From: Phallusia mammillata
Taxonomy: Eukaryota
DNA: 64,000 nt
Assembly: GCA_965637545.1 (NCBI GenBank)
Contig: OZ281496.1
Location: 24,614,001 to 24,678,000 of the forward strand
Reading direction: 5' to 3'
The first letter of the stretch is position 1. Every line of letters starts with the position of its first letter. Positions 40,532-55,000 of this stretch are shown here, one piece after another. The notes under the pieces were generated by a model. It did not search any database and was not told the origin of the DNA. It worked only from the letters and a program-made list of their open reading frames with translations. The position numbers were made by a program, and so were the translations under genes.

Positions 40532-41614
40532 GATTGTAAATTTACTTGATTTTCATGTCACAAGGAACATAACATCCGCAAGGTCCCGCCAGCGTTCGCT
40601 TTTTAGATATATAACAAGTTTGTAAATTTTGACAATAAAAAAAAAGGGAAAACGAGCCATAGCTAACTTCACATTTTTGGCAAACGGTGTTGTACTTAAG
40701 CCTCACCACAGAACGTTAGAACCAAATCTATGTGAAAAAAACCTAAGGCTGTCTTTTTTCTGTTGTGATTGTTTCGAAACGCGTGGGAGATACGACAAAA
40801 CACAACGATTAGCATTTCCGTTCTCATTTGCCGCTAACACATATCTCAATCGTCGCTCCGGCTTAATTGTAGCGGTTCGCGCGCGTACCTGCGCAAATTA
40901 GTCGTTGTGAGCTTAAATAGCAATAAATACGTTTATCGGTAAAAATATAACAAGTAACAAAAATAGAAAAATAAATCAATTAGAAAAGTGTTTTTCTTGA
41001 CTTGTTCATTGTTGCAGCAGTCCAATCAAACAACCCAATTTGTATAGTTTAAATCTGTAAAATTCCTTTGCAATGGCAAATGAAAACGCATTTACCAACA
41101 GAACACCTATCCTAAACTAAACCCGTGTTCTCCAAAAAATCCACAACCCTGCTGATCACGTTACAGACCAACACATGACCTTGAAGTTGTTATTTCAACG
41201 GAAAATATGTAGGAAAAACAACCTTCAGTACAGCCCAGTTTATTTGGCTTACCATCTCTATTGTTGTTAAGACTCCTTGCAAGTAAAAAGTAAATCCGGT
41301 GAGCCTTGAACACAGGTAGTGGTAAATATTGATTTATTTGGAATCATACAAGATATATTGCACAACTCACTGAAAGCAAGCACCAAAAATTGAACTTTCA
41401 ACAACATAGAGAAAGTCACAGACCTATCAGCAACAGTTTGAATAACTTTTTATTCATAAACAAGTTAATCAAAACCAGGTCTAATACCCAATCGATGCAC
41501 ATGTAAAACACATCAGTTGATTCAACGAAATACATGACATAATGTGGACCATGAAGGGAACCGCAAGATATTTGCTGTAGTACCACATAATTTACTAACA
41601 AATTTTCCCTAAAA

Positions 41615-44164
41615 TTAGAGACGCTTTTTAATGAGTTTCTCTAGCTTTCGAATCCGTGAAGTTGAATCACTGTCAAATGATGCATTTGCATTTGAAGTTT
41701 TGCTGCCCCCTGATACTGGCATTTGGTTGCGGAAAACATCCATTATAGCACTCTGTTCAACTCTTCTCAGGCCTTTCATTTCAAGAATTTTCTGGAACAT
41801 ATCAATGTCTGGGTCTACAAGTAGACGGATGCAGCTGGAAACAAATGCTGAGTTTGGTTCATGGGGTGTCATTACTACTTTTAGGAGCATTTCAGCTTTG
41901 GTCATTCCTTTCACAACAATTTTGGTGTAAGATGATGGGGCCTTTCTTGCAACCTGAGATGATATCGATGGCAGTTCCAGCAGAATTGTTTTCAGTGAAT
42001 GGGTGTCCAATAACAGCTGTTCTGCCCCTACTGTGCCTATTGGCTTGCACTTGTAGAGTGAACTGATAAACCTAGGAATGAATGAGTTTGCAAATTTGAT
42101 ACAGAATTGAGTGAAGTACTTTCTAGCTTCAGCTAAATTTGCCCGAACATGTGGTACTGCTTGTTTGATGTGTGAAGTAATTGCTGTAACATATGCGCTT
42201 TGATCCCCAACATGCTCCATTGATGTCCAAGATATTTTGGCCATTGCAGTTAGGGGAGGATCACATGCTGATTCAAGATCTTGTTCAAGCAGTTGAATAC
42301 AATTTGATATCACACTGCTAAATACAGTTCTCTCCTCAGACAAATCAATTTGTGGGGACAAATTGGTGTCAACTTTTTCTTTGAGCTTTATCTCCAGTTG
42401 CTGTGTTGTTTCTAAGCAGTAATCTGCTGTAGTAAGTATCGAGCAAATTAGTGTTAGTTCACCTGAACCAAGACGAACTGCCTCAGAGGAGGAACCATCC
42501 TTTAAACTGGATGTGGTTTCCTTAAGTAGATTGGTAACAGTTGAAAATGTAATGTTAGCACTAAGAGACACTGTTGACTGAGACGTCTTAGGCAGATTGC
42601 TTGTCAAAATTCTTGATGCATATTCTCGAAGATACTTTTGAAAAAGCTTTGCTAAAGCCAGCATTGGTTCACCAGTGCTTAGTTGAGAACACTGAACCAT
42701 GCATTTTTTGTAGTACACAAATAAATCAGCACAGTTGTTAAGTACCCCACCCTCATGAGGTACAGTGTCTGTTCTCATCTGTTGGCTCTTTTTCTGAAAT
42801 TCCTCCTGAAATTTAGCCATTAGCTCAGATAGGTTTTGATCCTGTGATTCAATATAGATGTACAGGTAGGGCTCAAAACAGTTTGAAATCAGTCTTTGAA
42901 ATGGATTTTCTGTACGCTGACTTACATCATTTGTTTCATTAGCTTCTTCTGTTTCGTTGCTGTTATTTCCATTGCCTTCATCTTCTAAAAATGGGTTGGT
43001 GTTGGCTTGATCAACTGGTTTTTGTTCTTTGCTATTTGAAACCTTCTTGACATTTTTACTGGATTGTCTTAAAGTGTTCCCAGATAGTCTCTTAGACAGC
43101 AGAGTTTCAAAGTTGGTAGTGCGCTGTATTGCAAATAACAGCAGCTTTACATCAATTTCACTCGCTCTCCTTTGCATTAATGTACTGAGCTCTCTGTTGG
43201 TAATTTGACAAAATTCCACAGCTATTAATTCTGAAACTTCCCAGTGTTCTGGAAAAATCTTGGACAGTTTACCTTCAAATTCAACCAAAACCCGTTTTAC
43301 CCAAGCATACCTTCTGTCAATTTTATCAAGCCATGCTACATCCTGTGAAGCATCAAACAGAACCAAGTATTCTGAAAGTTGATTCTTGATGAACTTCTTT
43401 AACAGCTCTTTCTTGACAATTGGAGAAAGTGCATCTGCCACTGCACATGCCTCATGCAGTAACTTGGTATTAATGCCACTCTTTGGATTGCCTCCAGGTT
43501 GTGTGGAAAATGCCATGTCAAATTCAGCAAGCACAAGTTGTGTCATTTCTTGCTTAATCTCATCTACACTAGCAGAGAGTTCACGAACTGTTGGGATAGA
43601 CTTGTACTTGCTAAATTGTTCCATGACATTTAGTACTCCTTGCAATAGACTTGCAGCCTCGCCAAACTGGCGTTTATGAGCCAAATTACGCAATGTGTCA
43701 ACACCACTCATTAACATATGCAAATGATTGTGCGTTGTTATTGCTTGTGTAAGGTTCCGCTTTGCTTGATCAAGCTGTTTTATGTCTCTTGTTATTTCCT
43801 TAACCATTTGCTCAGACTGATCAGCACGGTCCTTGATGTTTTTAATTTTGGCAAAGAGTTCATGAATAGCCAACTGGGCTTCTTCTAAGGCTTGTTGTCC
43901 ATCCACACCAGCAGTGGTCTGCTTACGCACAGCAGTTTTTATGTCATGATCCAGGTGTTTTATTTTTCCCTCAACCTTTGCAACAACATCATCAATACTG
44001 GCTAGCGATTGCTCAGTTGGAAAAAGGTTGTTGATGTAATCTACTACATTAAAATTGGGTTGCTCAAGTGGATCAGAACTAGGAAAAACATTTCCCAAGA
44101 CAGACTGCACATCATCAGCAAAGTGCAGTATATCATTTTGTGCACTGTTTTCATTAGACTCCAT
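41615..44164 (-). CDS. VPS53: Vacuolar protein sorting 53 (GARP/EARP subunit), 849 aa, single coding exon
   Basis: Continuous ORF with VPS53 motifs [58 protein letters not shown] and C-terminal [13 protein letters not shown]. Confidence 0.97.
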   Translation of the reverse strand: MESNENSAQNDILHFADDVQSVLGNVFPSSDPLEQPNFNVVDYINNLFPTEQSLASIDDVVAKVEGKIKHLDHDIKTAVRKQTTAGVDGQQALEEAQLAIHELFAKIKNIKDRADQSEQMVKEITRDIKQLDQAKRNLTQAITTHNHLHMLMSGVDTLRNLAHKRQFGEAASLLQGVLNVMEQFSKYKSIPTVRELSASVDEIKQEMTQLVLAEFDMAFSTQPGGNPKSGINTKLLHEACAVADALSPIVKKELLKKFIKNQLSEYLVLFDASQDVAWLDKIDRRYAWVKRVLVEFEGKLSKIFPEHWEVSELIAVEFCQITNRELSTLMQRRASEIDVKLLLFAIQRTTNFETLLSKRLSGNTLRQSSKNVKKVSNSKEQKPVDQANTNPFLEDEGNGNNSNETEEANETNDVSQRTENPFQRLISNCFEPYLYIYIESQDQNLSELMAKFQEEFQKKSQQMRTDTVPHEGGVLNNCADLFVYYKKCMVQCSQLSTGEPMLALAKLFQKYLREYASRILTSNLPKTSQSTVSLSANITFSTVTNLLKETTSSLKDGSSSEAVRLGSGELTLICSILTTADYCLETTQQLEIKLKEKVDTNLSPQIDLSEERTVFSSVISNCIQLLEQDLESACDPPLTAMAKISWTSMEHVGDQSAYVTAITSHIKQAVPHVRANLAEARKYFTQFCIKFANSFIPRFISSLYKCKPIGTVGAEQLLLDTHSLKTILLELPSISSQVARKAPSSYTKIVVKGMTKAEMLLKVVMTPHEPNSAFVSSCIRLLVDPDIDMFQKILEMKGLRRVEQSAIMDVFRNQMPVSGGSKTSNANASFDSDSTSRIRKLEKLIKKRL

Positions 44165-45310
44165 TAAAATGTTTTGGTAATGTATCTATGACATACTTCT
44201 AAAAATCACATAGAACAAATATAAAACAATGTAAACTTATTATGTTTTACAGTATAAACAAAATATCAAAGTTTAAACGCTGCAAGAGTGCAACAGCAAC
44301 TGATGCAAACAAAGTTACGTTTTACACATCACGTTGTAGGACAATTTGTGGTTATATACCATTGCACTGTGCAGAAAAGTGCAGCCCTCAAGCTTAAGCA
44401 TAAACAATGTAACAAACAAAAATTCTTTCGATAGACATAATTCTATATTTAAACTATAACTCTACAAAAATTTAGCTGACCTGAAACTGTATCTTAATCT
44501 TACCAGTTGACTTCGTCAATCGTCACGCTTTTTACACACATAGAAACAGTAAACAATAATCGGCATAGAAATCATACAAATCTGTACCTATTTTTTAAAA
44601 AACGCACGTTTTCACAACTATCAAAACTTTCGAAACGTTAAAAATGACAGTTTAAAACAACCAAAATTGTTTTTAAAAAATACACAAACCTTTAAATAGT
44701 CTGTTGGCATACTATCACCAAGCGTAGCAAAATTTTCGCTTACTTTCAATGAGATGCAGTTAAGGATGATTGCTGATTTATGATAATGACCTCAAATTCT
44801 TTCCAGCTTTGCAATAATTGTAAATTGTTAATAAAAGCAACAAGTAATACTAGCTTCTTGCTTTCAATACGTCGCTAGTGATCACCTGTTTAGGCGTATT
44901 GTTAAATCATCTCATAAAATCTAATGGTTACGACTTCGCTTGTGTATGTATATTTAAAATGTTATTCTTTAAACAGTCTCCCCTGCGAGAAAACAGATTT
45001 GGTTTTCACGTGTGTACATTTCAGACAAACTTTAGTGCACGATTTAAGGCCAGCGTTTCGATACAAATAAATAAAAGCGCAATAAATAAAAGGTCACAGT
45101 CAAAAGCAAGCTGTAGCGTCCGGCCTATAACCGTAACATGACGTAGAAAAGGTTAAACGATTGTAGCGTACAAACAGTCAAGTTGCATTGTTTGTGTATA
45201 TGCGACCATGAACTCTTTACAACAAGAAGTATAATAAATAAAATACTGGTTCAACGAACATGTGCAAAATCCAACAAAAGTGAACTATACAACGTACACA
45301 ATCATTACTG

Positions 45311-48300
45311 TTAAGAAGTTTTAGGTTTTTCACCCTTGCGCAGATACAACCAGTACAAGTAAACCACAAAATGTGTTAGAACAATTGACAAAAGAAATTG
45401 GCCAATCGTTTCACCCAAGGACATTGAAATCAGTTCGTCGTTCAAGAAATGTCTGAAAACGACAGAATATAAAATTGTTAAAATGTTCCTTGCCTCGTTT
45501 TACGAAAAATATAACTTTTACGTACCCTCCGTGGTACTTTCCTTTTATTTCAATGACCACGAGTTCCAACATAAGACTTTGAGCGTACATAGCCATTGCT
45601 GTAGCCAAGTGGAAGAACTGGTGTGAGTTTCCGAAGATGTCGAAGGTTCCTTTGAAAAGAATTGAAAGCCAATAATACAACTTATTTGTGGAGAGCAAAA
45701 TATCATATTTAGGCAATTATATTAGTGTTAAAATTTCTATAATTTACTATTTTCTATGATACGATATTAATCATTTGGTAAAGTTATTGTTTGCAAATTT
45801 CGTTTGTGATATTTTGAACAAGTACTTCACATACTTCGAGGACTAAGAAACATAATTTCAGCGAAAAAAACATTAAAATCTGAACACATAATTTCAGCGA
45901 AAAACATAAAAAAAGAATGTACATTATCCATAAGGAGAGGGATTCAATTGTAGGGTAAGAACCACTACCTCTAGTTGACACCCAAACTTGAAAGCGACAA
46001 TATTAACTATGCTTAAAAGTAAATGCTCCAAATAAGCTTCATATCAAAACAAATTAAATACTTGAGCTGAAGCGTTCCGGTATGTTCGACGCCTGGAAAA
46101 CCAAACCAATAGTAAGGTACAATAGTTGTTCGAAAAAATGTAAAGACAAATGATGGCCCACTGCCTGGCTAACATGGTAAGTATCCATTGGCTCAACGGA
46201 AGTAAACCCAGCATCAGAAATAAAGTACCTAAAGCAAAAGACTTCTACTTTAGAGGCGATTATAAATCTACGCACCACAATTTAAGAAAGTTCTTCCGAA
46301 CCCAAATCCTTGATCATCGTTTAAAGTAAATTTTGCTGGAATAATTATTAGACCTAATTAAATTTTAAAATAGGTCCAGAAACATTGTGATACTGTTTTT
46401 AGCGTTAAATCTATGCAAAAAGCTGTCTACATTTCGGTACAAAGTACTGATATTTTGACAGAATATTTTGCATTTTACCTCAACATGCAGGATCCGTACA
46501 GAATTGCAGTTCCAACAACGTACAATCCAATGGATAATGCGATTGCACTCTTCCACGAATTTTCACTAGCATAGAAGCTAGCTGCTAATGCGCATGCGCA
46601 ATACACGGCAAAAATGGTAAGGGCTACTGATGACGACACATCTAGAAAGTAAGTGTTAATCGTGTAATTGAACAAGTACTTTTAAGCAAGGCATAATTAA
46701 TGTAGGATGCACAAAGACATCAATTTTGACTTTCATAGTAACTTCGACTTTCCGACTCTCCTAATGAAGATTTTGTTTAGAATTATAAAACCTATTCAAG
46801 AATATGAATAATCCAAAATAGAATGATAGAAAACACACCCCAGTAGTGTTGCGTTGGGCAGAGGTAGAATTCCAAAGGAACTTTCATTCCCACCCCGTAC
46901 GTGTAAATTGCAGCAAAGTCAATTGCAAAAGCGCATTGGCATGAGGTTTTCGAACGAGCAGAAAGCATATGAGCGAAAGAGCTGCACAGAAGGAGGTAGC
47001 AGGTGCCTGTGAAATACAAAAACCCGCTTTAATTACCATTGTAATTTTAAACTGCTAAGTTATGCCGAAACAACGACAACACTTCATGAGACAGTGGTTT
47101 TTAACATTTACTAACACGCCGCACTAAAACACAACTCCGTGGGTTTTTGGATTTAAAGTTCAAGATTTAAGTCCTGCAACTTCAAGTAGGCTGTACTAAA
47201 CATTTTTCGAACCTTATTTCAATATAGGATGCTTGGGAGACCGTTATGCACAATTCTTTGCGACTATTGGTTTTAGAAAGCAGCATCATATGTCTCTGTG
47301 TAAAACGCCATTGGTCGGTATTTAAAGTTCAAACGGTGTTACCTATTCCGTGGGCATAAAATGGCAAAGCGTAGGGTACGTTTCCGTAAATGAAATACAT
47401 TCTGATGTATCTCTGTGCAAAGTAGAGGAAGGGAAGAAAATGTGTCCAAAAGTTACCGGCTTCATTGTTCCGTTGAAATACACTACAAAGCAGAAGAAAT
47501 TTCGTGAAAGATCACAGAATGTAGCTCCCCTTCCTAACAACACGCAGGCATATCACGCTTGTCGGTGTGTGCAATTTGGGCGTGCCGGCAATTCAAAGGG
47601 AAAACATTTATTCAAAACCATTCATTAGCTTTTCTATTCTAAATATTTTAGTAAACAACAAAAACTCCACTGATGTTAACTTAACCACCAGCGGCTTGTT
47701 GAAGAAAGTGTCAAGACAAAAATGGCTTGTGACGTTAAACACATTACTTCTGTGACGTAACAAAATACGTTTTTGACCTAATGTGGAAAATTGTAAAATT
47801 TACGGAATTGACTTTAAACTGGCCCGGGAGTACCACCTTCAAAAACGGGTAATATATACGTAAATTTATACAACACAATTTTAATTAACTTTTACATGTG
47901 ATCAAGCAGTCTTTTAAACCTAATCAGTCGTTTGCTGCGTCCTGATACATTTTTTTCGGCATAACGACGGAAATACCTTTTAACATAATAGTACAATGGC
48001 TGGTCGATACGACGATATCCCGTTTGCACGTAAGGGCGATGCATCACTTCCGGCACGTCTTCACGGCATCCACAGCCATGCCTGCGGATAAGCATTGTGT
48101 TATACTTAGAGTACAGTGTTGTGTGTGTACAAGAGCTTTGTTTAACGTAAGAAATACGAAAGCCCTAGAAAACGGATTGTTAGTATCTAAACAGGAAAAA
48201 CAGATTGTAATCCGTCCCCCCACCTATCTACTTTATAGGGTAGTACCCAATTTTACTGCCACAAGGGGCATAATAAGCAGAATTGTGCTTTGACGGCCAA

Positions 48301-48443
48301 CAAAACATTAGTTTTACCTTGCTGGTAGTAATACTTTGTTATACAGCTTAGTATATATACGTGACATTTACAAACTAAAGCCACACCTACTTTTCATTTT
48401 TGTGGCATGGTTTAGAATTCGCATATTGTCCATTGGCTTCCAT
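45311..48443 (-). CDS. PAQR-family 7TM protein (membrane progestin receptor-like), copy A, about 353 aa
   Basis: Exons 48443-48391, 48081-47977, 47482-47343, 47006-46839, 46641-46479, 46228-46062, 45649-45526, 45452-45311 (1062 nt, in frame). Motifs TGYRR, NEAGNFWTH, SSFAH, IDF, NIPERF, FDIFGNSHQFFH. First exon least certain. Confidence 0.88.
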
Positions 48444-49686
48444 GGGGATCAGAAAATCTTTTCAGCCACAGAAACATAAACAACTGTGAAGCGCTGTTTA
48501 AAACTAAACAACCTCTACACAAAATCAAAACAGAACTTGCTGATTCATATCACTAATTACAGTTAGGCTTTTCTGAGGAAACTCTGGGAAACGAGATTTG
48601 CCATATGCCAAACACATCAGTGCGTGCTATCAAATACCATTTCAAAAACCGCTGTCGGAAAAATACTACTTAATGGGCAACCACAATGTTTTGCATGACT
48701 TGATGACTATTCCTACTGTCTATTCTTGCGAATGCTAACCCAACTCCCCTAACATTTAACACAGGTCATTTCAAATCGTCACATCGTACAATAGCCTATT
48801 GCCGCCGGCGGGTGTTGTTGTTTCGTTGGAAGTAGTATTTCAACGCCACGACAGTGCCAAGACATCTAACCTTTCGGTTTGCTGCTGGAAACTTGCTTAC
48901 CGTAAAACTGTAAGGCACCTTCAATAGTTTGCACTAATCCATGCATCATAGCACAAATTGCTGTCTATGTGTTTACAGATCGCTTCAAATAATGAATAAG
49001 CAGTGACGCATGGCTGGCTGTTGCGTCAAGAACACCACACATTTAGGCCAACTGCTCATAAACTATGTCAGAAAAGGTTTGCGTATAAACTATATCAGAA
49101 AAGTCGCGACGAAGCAAAACCTTACCTACCAACGCATCTCTGACATAAGGTCGTCCAAACCACGTAGCTATACTAACGCACTGTCAGTTTGTTTACATAG
49201 ACAATCTGCATCTGGTTAGAAGCTTTACGTAAACTACGTAACCTTCCTATATGTTAGTTAAATACAAACAAAAACACCATCAAAAGGAAAAAATGTTGCC
49301 TGCTGTAACTAACCTGCTTTGTAAGCAATGCTGTCTTGACCTGCTGTTCCAGATTTAGCTCAATAACGGACGCATGCTTTTGTATTAGTAAAGACTTGGA
49401 CAGGCGTCTTATTGCGTGTTGTCATAACGTCATCTTAGTTCCGGACATGGCGCTTACGCATTGTAAGATAGGAGACTTAACACATAAAAACGGTACGAAG
49501 GAAATTCTTGGCCGTGGTATTCATAACTAGTTTGGTTAACGAATTTGAACAACTCCATGTGGCAATGAGAAGTCAAAGACAACCAAGAAAAAACAAACAA
49601 AACAAAAAATCAAATGCAGACTAACCTTGTAGGCAAATCTTGTACAACGGTTGTTTAATTGCCCACATTGACAACAAGAAAAAATA

Positions 49687-51326
49687 TTACACAGTGAGAA
49701 CATAATACAAGGCAGACATAACAGCACCCCATATGATTATATCGTTGACAGGTTTCGGCGTAACAGTCACCAACTCTTCATTTTCATCATCCTCTGCATG
49801 TTGAGTTGGGCTTGCATTTTCAACATTGCTGATGTCTTTTGAACTCAGTGCTTTTAATTTCGCATTTATTTTACTGATCTCATTCATTATGTCAGCTTGA
49901 AGGTATTGTTTGGAATTTGCAACTCCGCAATCAATTTTGTTGACCGAAGCCCTGATTTGTTGTAATTCCTAAAGAAAGATTTGATATGCATATTTGTTAA
50001 TCAAAACAGTTACAAAGGTATCATTTAAAACAGTGAAAAAACCTTGTGTATGTGGTTTAACATATAGCTTGCTTTGTCTGTTGACAAATTGGCTGCTTCA
50101 TTTTCAGAAGGCAAATCAATTAACTTGTTGGCCAATGTTGCCTCCAGCTGTGTAATTTCATCTTTTACATCAACATATCTCTCTTGAATAAAAGGCATAA
50201 CCTGCAACACATTGGTGAAAGAAGCATTTTTAATGTTCTAAAAAAAACGCTTTTTTATTTTTAATGTAACCTTGTCAATTAAATCCTTAAGTTCTGTATT
50301 GTCTTGTTTTTCTTTCACCATTTGCTTCAATTCAGAGGTTCTGACACGATTTATGTAGGAAGAACCTATAAAACCTAAATAAAAATGTCAAACACAACAA
50401 AAAATATAAGTTTAATTACAAATGACTGTACCTAGTATGGTCCCAATGACTGATCCAATCAAAGACCAATTTTTTGTCCGTTCCACCCTAGCCCTTTCTT
50501 TTTCATAACTGTCCCGCATTGCAGCAGATAACTCCAAAAATGTGTCTCTTTCTTTTTCTTCAGCAACATCAAGATTGGCTTTTACACTAAAACAAAAATT
50601 TGCAATTACACAGAACTAGTGGCAGTGTAGTGCTTCTATTTATTTTTAGGCCTGATAAATAACAAAATACCGAGTAAACATCTTCAAGCAGTGACAGCAT
50701 TTTTTATTTGTCTACTTTGTTTTCCTTTTTTAATAGTTTTCTTACGTTTCTTCCTTCATTACAAGTTCATGTTGTTCACTTGCAAGTTGTGGATAAAGAG
50801 GATTTGAATAATTGACATGACTCAATCTTTCACGGACATGTTTTAATTCATCACGAATGGTAACCATATCCCGCATAATCAACCTCTCCTCCATCCGAGC
50901 ATCCAGAAACTTCTTTTCTGCCTTGAAAAACAAACAAAATAGAATATGTAACTTTCAATAAATCACCTCTAACTCAGCTTCATGTTTAAACAGTTTAAGA
51001 GTAATCAACAGTAATCAAGTTACCCATATCCATATGTTTGTATAAGCATTACGAAGTGTATGGCTTACATTTTTAACTTCATGTTGAGCATTTTGGACAT
51101 CTGTAAGTCCCACATACTCTTCATAGTTTTTGTAAAAGTTTTCATATCTATGTCGAAATACTTCTTTAAACTGCTTTGCTCTTTCAGAAGCAGAATTCCA
51201 ATAAAATTTAGTAGCAATTGTAGGAGTAGAAACAGAGAGGAGCTGATGGTTTGACAAAATTTGTGACTTTTGTGTACATGTTATTAAGCCATGACATTTA
51301 TTGCAAAGCAAGTGCCTGGACCACAT
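49687..51326 (-). CDS. CCDC51: CCDC51 / MITOK (She9/Mdm33-like mitochondrial inner-membrane protein), about 377 aa
   Basis: Exons 51326-51069, 50921-50746, 50586-50432, 50374-50271, 50201-50043, 49968-49687 (1134 nt, in frame). [14 protein letters not shown]; [23 protein letters not shown]; basic presequence-like N-terminus; C-terminal TM segment. Confidence 0.9.
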
Positions 51327-52045
51327 CCCATGAACTACTGCCCCACCTCTTAGTCACGTGACACAATCATCTAAACAAAACGATGACGTATATAAGGCAG
51401 TGTTAGTTTTATTCTAAGCTAAAACAAAATTAGTTTTATTCTTACAGCACACATTCTCGAATTTAATACAGTAAAAATAGTAAAACAAGACAAGATAAAA
51501 GGGGAAAGTAATAAGCTATACAGCGTTATTGTTCAGCACAAGACCAAACACAGACCAACACCATATTAACCTTTGCACAGTACAGGGTGAATCCCCAATA
51601 TGCGTGTGAAGATAGAAATCGTCATCAATTAGTGGAATTAAAAATTATATTAAAACGTCATTCATTAAAAAACGATATTAAAAAGTCACATTTTTCTAAA
51701 ACAACAATCCGTAACAGTTAAAAAATGCCTTGGTAGTTTTTGTTGTCTGAGAAGATGAATTTCCTAATCGGTTGTGAAGATACATTTTTTTGATCTTTTT
51801 TGTCTGGGAAAGATAAATTTCCTAATCGGTTTGGCTTTGAAAAATCAAAAATGTAAACAAATGATGGTCAGTTGTGAGAAATGTGCTGTATTTATCGTGG
51901 ACCGCCTGAAGCCTAGATTTCTGTCCAACCCAGACGTCATGTCGTAATCATCAGTTGGTGTCATGCGTGATATTATTCGTTGGTAACTTAGCTCACAGCG
52001 GACAGTAATGTGTAGCACTGCCAGAACGTGAGGACAGTTTACAGG
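51327..52045. promoter_or_regulatory. Putative bidirectional promoter between divergent CCDC51 and PAQR copy B
   Basis: Start codons 51326 (-) and 52046 (+) are 720 bp apart head-to-head; CACGTG and TGACGT motifs at about 51355-51390. Confidence 0.4.
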
Positions 52046-55000
52046 ATGAGTCTGTTTGAAGCATCAGAACTTAGAGATTCAAAATGTGAAAGTCGTTCTT
52101 CAATAGTGGAATCTGAAAAAAGTTTGTTAAGGAAAAGCAGGTGGGTGAAGTATTTTACTTGACCAGGTTATAGTTTTGTGTTAAACGCTTTGGAATGTAC
52201 AAGTGAAAGTATTGTTACTCTTTTGCGTCAAAGTACAAGCACATTTCGTTCCTGTGAGTTCCAATGCTATTCGTGTTAAATTTCTGCAAAATTGGTCTGG
52301 AATTTATATCATATCCCACAAAAAAACATTAACGTTGTGACCTAAACCAGTGGTTCTCAACCGCAGGACCGCGGACCGGCACCGGTCCGCGTCAACGTTA
52401 CGGCCGGTCCGCCAAATATATTACAATTTTATATCTGAATTGCAAAATGCAAGATGTTGAAGGCAGAGAAATCGTGTGGAAGTCAACGCTCTATTTCGCC
52501 TTGCAAAAAACTTCATTAGAAACGCGTTTAACACGTATGATATCAAACAGACAGCAGCAAACTTCTCATTAAATTGAATTTTTCGTATTTTTTTGATCTG
52601 CATATTTGTGTCGTGATTACATTTTGGGTTGATTTTGAAAGTCCACCGGTCCACAAAATTATTTTTGAAAGTTTACCGGTCCGCAAACTTAAAAGGTTGA
52701 GAACCACTGACCTAAACTGTGCCGCACTTTCAAATCATCGCGTTTTTACAATGAATGACGATACAATAACATGCTGAGCCATTTATATGTGGATGTATTA
52801 CAATCTTTAAAGAATATGTTTAATGTTGCCAACAAAATGCCAAATAATACGTCAACTTTGTGTGGCCAAAACATATCAGAAATTTTAGCCGCATTTGATT
52901 TTCTTTATATGTGTTTGCAGACACTAGAATATGCCCATCCCACGATATGACATTTGGCCTAGTCGGCCTACGCAAGGTTTATACCACAGCGTCATATTGC
53001 AGCATTAACCGCATGATTTGCGCAGGATGTAGATACGTCATCGCAGTGTGACGTAGACCTACAAACTGGGCTATGTATTGCTCATAGCGCAATTGCGTTG
53101 ACATTCTCAGAAAACCGTTATTTTTAGCATGTTTTCAAACGAAGGCTTCCCAAAATACTATATACTTCAACATCAGTATAAGAACCATGCCTTATATCGA
53201 ATATGTTCTCTTCGTTGTGGTAAAATGACTGTTGCTTGTTAATGTGTTTGTGCATTAAATCTAAATTACAACCCCGATGTATTATAGCGCGTAAAAATGA
53301 TTTTGCGTCTCAGGACGGTTAGGATGGGTGTTCGTGATTATAGTAAGCTTCCCTTCAGCTGTGCCAAAGGAAGTTGGTCAGGTTGTATGAGGATGCTATA
53401 ACTTTTTGATGGACTAAACTTTGTATATGGCGTATTTTAATATTTGCACAATATTGTATACAACTCAGGAAATTACAGCTTTGCCGCAGAATAAAGAGTT
53501 TAAACATCAAAAGTGGTGCAGTTAAGCCTATCACGATTACCGATTTTAACAAGAAATTTTGTGTTTTACAGATACTTGTTGACCAAGTGCTTATCCTCAC
53601 ACAATACCATAACCCAATCACAAGTCTTGCCATGCCACAAACAGATCTATGTTTTAGCCTGGTATCGGCCCCGCTATCAATCACCATGGTATTACATAAA
53701 AAGGTTCGTTCTCATTCATCTTTTCAAGTCAAAAAACGTAGAAAGTTGAGGTACATATATTGTATAATAATGAAGTTTTTCTTTTATAGTGTATTTCAAT
53801 ACAACAACGAAGCACTCAACTTCTGGACACACTTTATACCGCTACTGCACTTTCTTTATAGTTACTACTATTTTTATTTGGACGTCGAGCATTCAAATGA
53901 AACTTTTTGTTTTCCCTATTATGCCCATGGTCTAGGTAAGTAACAACACATTTGCAAGGCTTGGTGGGCCTGTGCAACTTTGTCAATGCGCAATAAAATG
54001 GTTGAAAGAGATTTGACACATTACCATAAAACCATTTTTTGATGCAAAAGAATATCTGTGGCACCAACATAAGCTACAACGTAGTCTAGTCGTTGGTACA
54101 ACCAAGAAACTATTGCCCCAGTTTCTTACAAATTTTAAACACGCTTAGGCTACAATACAAAATTTACTGTATCGCCAATGGCCTCAAGCTTCCATAACAA
54201 GCTTATACAACAACACATATAATACAAAATTCAACAATATTTTTTTAGGTTGTTGTATCGTATTGGCTGCGAGTTCTACCGCACACTTGTTCGCTTCGCA
54301 TTCAGAGGCAGTTTGTTACAGTTGTTATGCATTGGACAGAGCGTGCATTTTCACATACGCTTTTTCGATACGCGTCGCATTTGAGCATTACCTCTGTCCT
54401 ATGGGACACTTTTGCAATTGTAAGTATTCATAATAAGTAGGCTCTGCTGTGTAGGCTGCCATAAAAGAGTTTCCTGTCTTACGAACGCGCTGCCGTGTTT
54501 TGTAAACAATACATTCTGCCTGGATTTTTGTTATGTTTGCCAGAGTGAATTTGGACCCAGATATCATTTTGCCAAGTTTAACGTTTCTTCTCTTAAAAAG
54601 TTGACAGAGTTTGATCAATGCATTTCAGTTGCTTTTAGAAATCACACTTTTCTTTTCAGGGCCTTCCTCCGCAGTTACGCTTGCCATCTTCGCTTCGTAT
54701 TGGTCACTTTCGTTTGCGGTTGTGCTTTTTGCTGAAACATACGCTACAACTTTGGGAAGAGTTATAATGGTTGTAACCAACCTTATTGGCGGATTTGTTG
54801 GATTTTCTTCGTGTATTTTAAGGTGATCCTTTTTTATGAGGTTGTTTTTTAACTGCGCCATGTTTTTCAGTAAATTACTGATCCGAAGGTCAACAACCTT
54901 TCAAGAGTTGCAATACTTATTATCAGATATGGGTAAATCCAATATGTTTTTTTGCAAGCCCTTTTCATAAAACTAATTATCCGAATGCTTATGGACATAA

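Noticed and set aside
41631-43679. Plus-strand ORFs overlapping VPS53, and likewise those overlapping the giant exon and the NACHT exon
   Set aside because: Antisense shadows of real coding sequence.
49313-49448. In-frame TGA in MSGTKMTL*QHAIRRLSKS... as possible selenocysteine or readthrough
   Set aside because: No selenoprotein-like context or recognisable SECIS, and the spliced continuation ends in a stop; treated as leader uORFs.
54868-54931. Exon-like segment in PAQR copy B (AG...GG|GTAAAT)
   Set aside because: Including it breaks the frame; the paralog has no counterpart and the flanking exons join in phase without it.
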